Shown here: positions 61,440 through 64,000 of the stretch, in pieces
Layout of the letters: each line of letters begins with the position of its first letter
Numbering within the stretch: the stretch's first letter is position 1
IMG/VR virus record: IMGVR_UViG_3300032038_000035
Span: 1-64,000 of that record
DNA from: a virus
Taxonomy: Duplodnaviria; Caudoviricetes
DNA: 64,000 nt
Reading direction: 5' to 3' (one strand)
The notes under the pieces: model-generated
What the model was told of the DNA's origin: nothing
The model's input: only the letters and a program-made list of their open reading frames with translations
Database searches by the model: none
Program-made: the position numbers and the translations under genes

Positions 61440-61720
61440 AAAATAAGTGGGAGACCCTTAGGCCTCTCATGTGTTGGTCTTATTGTCTTTTATGTATCTC
61501 TTAATTCTCTCTATTTTCTGGTCGTTTTTGGTCTCGGATGTGTTTGTGGGGCGGACCGCCCCCCTGAAAATTCGCTCCGCTCATTCTTTTTTTCTCCGAC
61601 CTTCGGTCTCTAATAGGAAGCCCTACCTGACAATACGCTTCAGTTTCCCTAAACTCCGGATTTAGCCACTACCCCTTAAGGTCTGTTATCCTCACGTCTA
61701 GTCCCCCTGGCAACATCATT
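61440..61720. other. Strand-asymmetric non-coding element: candidate replication origin or second late ncRNA
   Basis: Pyrimidine-rich plus strand, five GGTC sites, GGGGCGG-A-CCGCCCC palindrome (61548-61562), promoter at 61719-61731. Confidence 0.4.
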
Positions 61721-61731
61721 ACGTTATTGTT
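61719..61731 (-). promoter_or_regulatory. Late-type promoter AACA-N6-TAA with no downstream CDS
   Basis: aaaaatatAACAataacgTAA; the upstream context is shared with 62249-62261. Confidence 0.65.
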
Positions 61732-61744
61732 ATATTTTTTTTTA

Positions 61745-62250
61745 AAAAAAAATAATTTATATTTTTATCTTTTTGGATAGAGATAAATCTATAAATTGGA
61801 TATAGCAATATGTAACAATGCAACGTCTTGTTGAGTAATATCTAGAGAATTTAAAGTGAGCTCATGTAATGAAAGACATACAAATGAACGTATTAGATAC
61901 GGGTGAGCTTAGATCGAAATCAATAAGCTCTTATGCTACAATCATTACGGTGAACGAACTTTCAAGCTAAGCCTGACTCATAATCATGAGATTAACCTTT
62001 CTTCAGTGAACGTCTAGAAACCCCCTCCCTGGTGGTTAGCGTAGTGAGTTCAGGGGTAATCGAGTCTTTCGACAAGCCTACTTTTCATTCATAGTTTTAC
62101 ACCCTATTCGCATAATGTACTTTCGTACTTCTGTTTTTCACACTATCATATGTACACCTTTTGAGCATACAAAGGACATGACTGTTCCATTCCCGCGGTC
62201 ATATCCAGACAATCACCTTGCCATGTACTCGCGTACCTAGATTCCGGTTT
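61745..62250 (-). ncRNA. Large ornate structured ncRNA (~500 nt; core 61840-62242)
   Basis: Own late promoter, terminal hairpin plus T tract, ten nested helices, and GCGA/GAAA/GAAA/UUCG tetraloops and G-U pairs all on the minus strand; no ORF. Confidence 0.75.
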
Positions 62251-62261
62251 AACTATATGTT
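62249..62261 (-). promoter_or_regulatory. Late-type promoter AACA-N6-TAA driving the ncRNA
   Basis: aaaaatatAACAtatagtTAA. Confidence 0.7.
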
Positions 62262-62273
62262 ATATTTTTATTT

Positions 62274-62315
62274 AAAAAAATATAGTGAATACCAAAATTT
62301 GGTATTCACTATATT
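62274..62315 (-). terminator. Intrinsic terminator
   Basis: aatatagtgaataccaaa/tttggtattcactatatt plus T tract. Confidence 0.85.
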
Positions 62316-62318
62316 ATG

Positions 62319-62696
62319 CTATATAGCATAGCCTACTTTATCTATATTGTAAGTATAGACACCTTTACCTGAATAGGTAACTGATATAGCATACATATCA
62401 CCAGATACAAATTCAGGTTTTAGTTTCTTAGTAGTATCTCCTGTTATGTAATTACACCAAGGAAGTATTCCTCTATTATATAAAGCTTCATCTATAGCTT
62501 CATATAATAGAGTACATTCTCTACCAGTGCCTTGGTATACTATAGCAGTACTATGTGTGTTATAGCATTTATACTCTATGCTCTCATATAGATCTGGCCA
62601 TATATGCTTCTGTTGTTCATACCATGTTTCATATAATGCTTTGGATTGACCTATAGCATTATCTACTAAAACAGAAATTTCATTAGGCTCTACCAT
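62319..62696 (-). CDS. Hypothetical protein located between two ncRNAs
   Basis: AAGGAGTG RBS, TATATTATA motif upstream, own terminator. Confidence 0.7.
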   Translation of the reverse strand: MVEPNEISVLVDNAIGQSKALYETWYEQQKHIWPDLYESIEYKCYNTHSTAIVYQGTGRECTLLYEAIDEALYNRGILPWCNYITGDTTKKLKPEFVSGDMYAISVTYSGKGVYTYNIDKVGYAI

Positions 62697-62759
62697 AATG
62701 AATCACTCCTTTCTTATATAGATATAATATACATTCCAAAAAAATATCATATTAGAGCA

Positions 62760-62960
62760 AAAAATAAATCATCAATAGATGATTTATTTTATTCATGGCT
62801 ATTGCCATAGTATTCCTCCTTCCGGAGCTGTAGACGTCAGTCACTTCGCCTCCACTATTGCAGAGACCACGCTCTCACGAGCAGGCTGACATCCATATAG
62901 GCATTACATACATCACGTGGTGTATGTAACGTTTTCCCTATATGTCTACGTTTATTATTA
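62760..62960 (-). ncRNA. Candidate ~200-nt multi-branch ncRNA or structured leader
   Basis: Bipartite promoter, closing stem GTAGAC/GTCTAC, nested stems, GUGA and GGAA tetraloops, terminator at 62759-62790. Confidence 0.65.
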
Positions 62961-62964
62961 CTTA

Positions 62965-62997
62965 TAGAATATATAAAGCAACATACGTAATTTACGG
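62965..62997 (-). promoter_or_regulatory. Bipartite promoter CCGT-N20-TATATTCTA
   Basis: Third exact-spacing copy. Confidence 0.7.
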
Positions 62998-63008
62998 GGG
63001 GTACGTAC

Positions 63009-63042
63009 AAAAAATATAGCCACCCGAAGGTGGCTATATTTT
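63009..63042 (-). terminator. Terminator with C(UUCG)G loop
   Basis: aaaatatagccacc-ttcg-ggtggctatatttttt. Confidence 0.85.
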
Positions 63043-63050
63043 AATCGGAA

Positions 63051-63530
63051 TCAGTTATTGGGTTCAACCGAAGTGGGCATGTTAGGTAACGGGTATTCAA
63101 ATTCTAGAGTCTGTGGATTGATCTGCGGATTTGGACGACTATTTTCGAGATACCGTATAAGTTTGGACACTATATGCTTTCTTTTAATTGTTGATATCGA
63201 GCTAGTATCCACTCTCAAATATATATTGGATTCCAACTTATAAGCAGCATCCAATATTAATTCCGGTGGCACATGCCCAGATTCTGCAAGGCTAAGCAGA
63301 ATCTGTTTTGCTGCAGCTGCTTCATCAACATATTCCATCACTTCACGATCTTCAAAGTATCTGAAGAAGTTGTTTATCTTATCTACTATAAGATAAACAA
63401 CCGCGTCGTGTATCTCTTCTTGTCTTGCTGCTTCTTCTATAGATTTTTTCTTGTCAAGCGCATCTTGATATATATCCATGTAATCAATTTCGAAATCTTC
63501 GTTGATATTATAATACTTATTTTTATTCAT
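63051..63530 (-). CDS. Hypothetical protein
   Basis: GGAGGT RBS. Confidence 0.7.
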   Translation of the reverse strand: MNKNKYYNINEDFEIDYMDIYQDALDKKKSIEEAARQEEIHDAVVYLIVDKINNFFRYFEDREVMEYVDEAAAAKQILLSLAESGHVPPELILDAAYKLESNIYLRVDTSSISTIKRKHIVSKLIRYLENSRPNPQINPQTLEFEYPLPNMPTSVEPNN

Positions 63531-63742
63531 GATATACCTCCATATGATGTATCGATTAATTGCATGTGTCCAGATTCATCGAGACCCCAATGCTCTGGAT
63601 CAGGTATATTTGTAACATACATTTCTCCAATCCTTATCAAATCTTCTTTGGTCATTTCTGTAATAGGACGTAATTCGTCACCTTCTTTTGCGAAGTACTT
63701 CTTAATATTATCATCCAGCTTATCGAATTCTTCTTTTGTCAT
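63527..63742 (-). CDS. 71-aa hypothetical protein
   Basis: GGAGGT RBS; PDPEHWGLDESGHMQLID. Confidence 0.65.
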   Translation of the reverse strand: MTKEEFDKLDDNIKKYFAKEGDELRPITEMTKEDLIRIGEMYVTNIPDPEHWGLDESGHMQLIDTSYGGIS

Positions 63743-63752
63743 AAGATACCTC

Positions 63753-64000
63753 CTATGCGTTGTTGTTGGAATAAATGCTTACCCAACATTTTTCTTGTCC
63801 ACACGGGTGTTTTGATGTGGTATTATTATATCTCCTCTCTTCTTCCTTAGGACATTTGTAACATTTGTAAACGTTATCTCTATTATTCATAAATGCATTG
63901 TAGGCATAGAGATAACTCTTGCCTATTCCTTTATAGGTTTCTCCATTAGCGTCGGGGAAGTCTTCATATAAAGACCGCCAATACTTTATGTTTTCGTACA
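63753..64000 (-). CDS. Cys-rich hypothetical protein (5' end outside the window)
   Basis: Open frame ...NVYKCYKCP...HPCGQEKCWV...; not in the ORF track. Confidence 0.6.
   Translation of the reverse strand, partial: YENIKYWRSLYEDFPDANGETYKGIGKSYLYAYNAFMNNRDNVYKCYKCPKEEERRYNNTTSKHPCGQEKCWVSIYSNNNA

Noticed and set aside
61471-61665. 64-aa plus-strand ORF
   Set aside because: GTG start without a clear RBS; its F/L/S-rich composition simply reflects the pyrimidine-rich strand.
61745-62250. tmRNA, RNase P RNA, or group I/II intron identity for the large RNA
   Set aside because: No tRNA-like ends, no GAGGAAAGUCC, no recognisable P7 or domain V, and no interrupted host gene. It remains unassigned pending an Rfam search.
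28722-63042. Repeated ACCCGAAGGT as a dispersed repeat or CRISPR remnant
   Set aside because: It is the C(UUCG)G tetraloop core of ordinary terminators; there is no spacer array.
63273-63815. 180-aa plus-strand ORF
   Set aside because: Overlaps three minus-strand genes, two of them with clear GGAGGT RBSs.
1-64000. Stop-codon recoding (TAG/TGA), common in some gut jumbo phages
   Set aside because: Long genes are intact under the standard code, and TAA, TAG and TGA all end genes next to RBSs or terminators.

Overview
64 kb, AT-rich segment of a jumbo myophage of the phiKZ/AR9(PBS1)-like lineage, standard genetic code. GGAGG/GAGGTG ribosome-binding sites and cell-wall peptidase domains suggest a Firmicutes host (inference). 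It carries virion morphogenesis genes (baseplate wedge, tube-like protein, a 3697-aa tape-measure/lysin, large terminase, head proteins), a beta-like subunit of a phage multisubunit RNA polymerase, RusA, dUTPase, a MYG1-like nuclease, a small PolB-like protein, a kinase-like protein, two HNH-like paralogues and many small unknown genes. Three promoter motif classes can be read by eye: late-type (G/A)ACA-N6-TAA, early-type ATATTTATATAT, and a bipartite CCGT-N20-TATATT(A/C)TA. The most unusual content is non-coding. A ~500-nt RNA with ten nested helices (61745-62250, minus), a ~200-nt multi-branch RNA (62760-62960, minus) and a ~500-nt structured RNA (30240-30748, plus) each appear to be independent units. 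Next to them lies an origin-like, strand-asymmetric element (61440-61720). No CRISPR array, tRNA, intron or mobile element was recognised. All family assignments come from motif recognition by eye; no database search was run.
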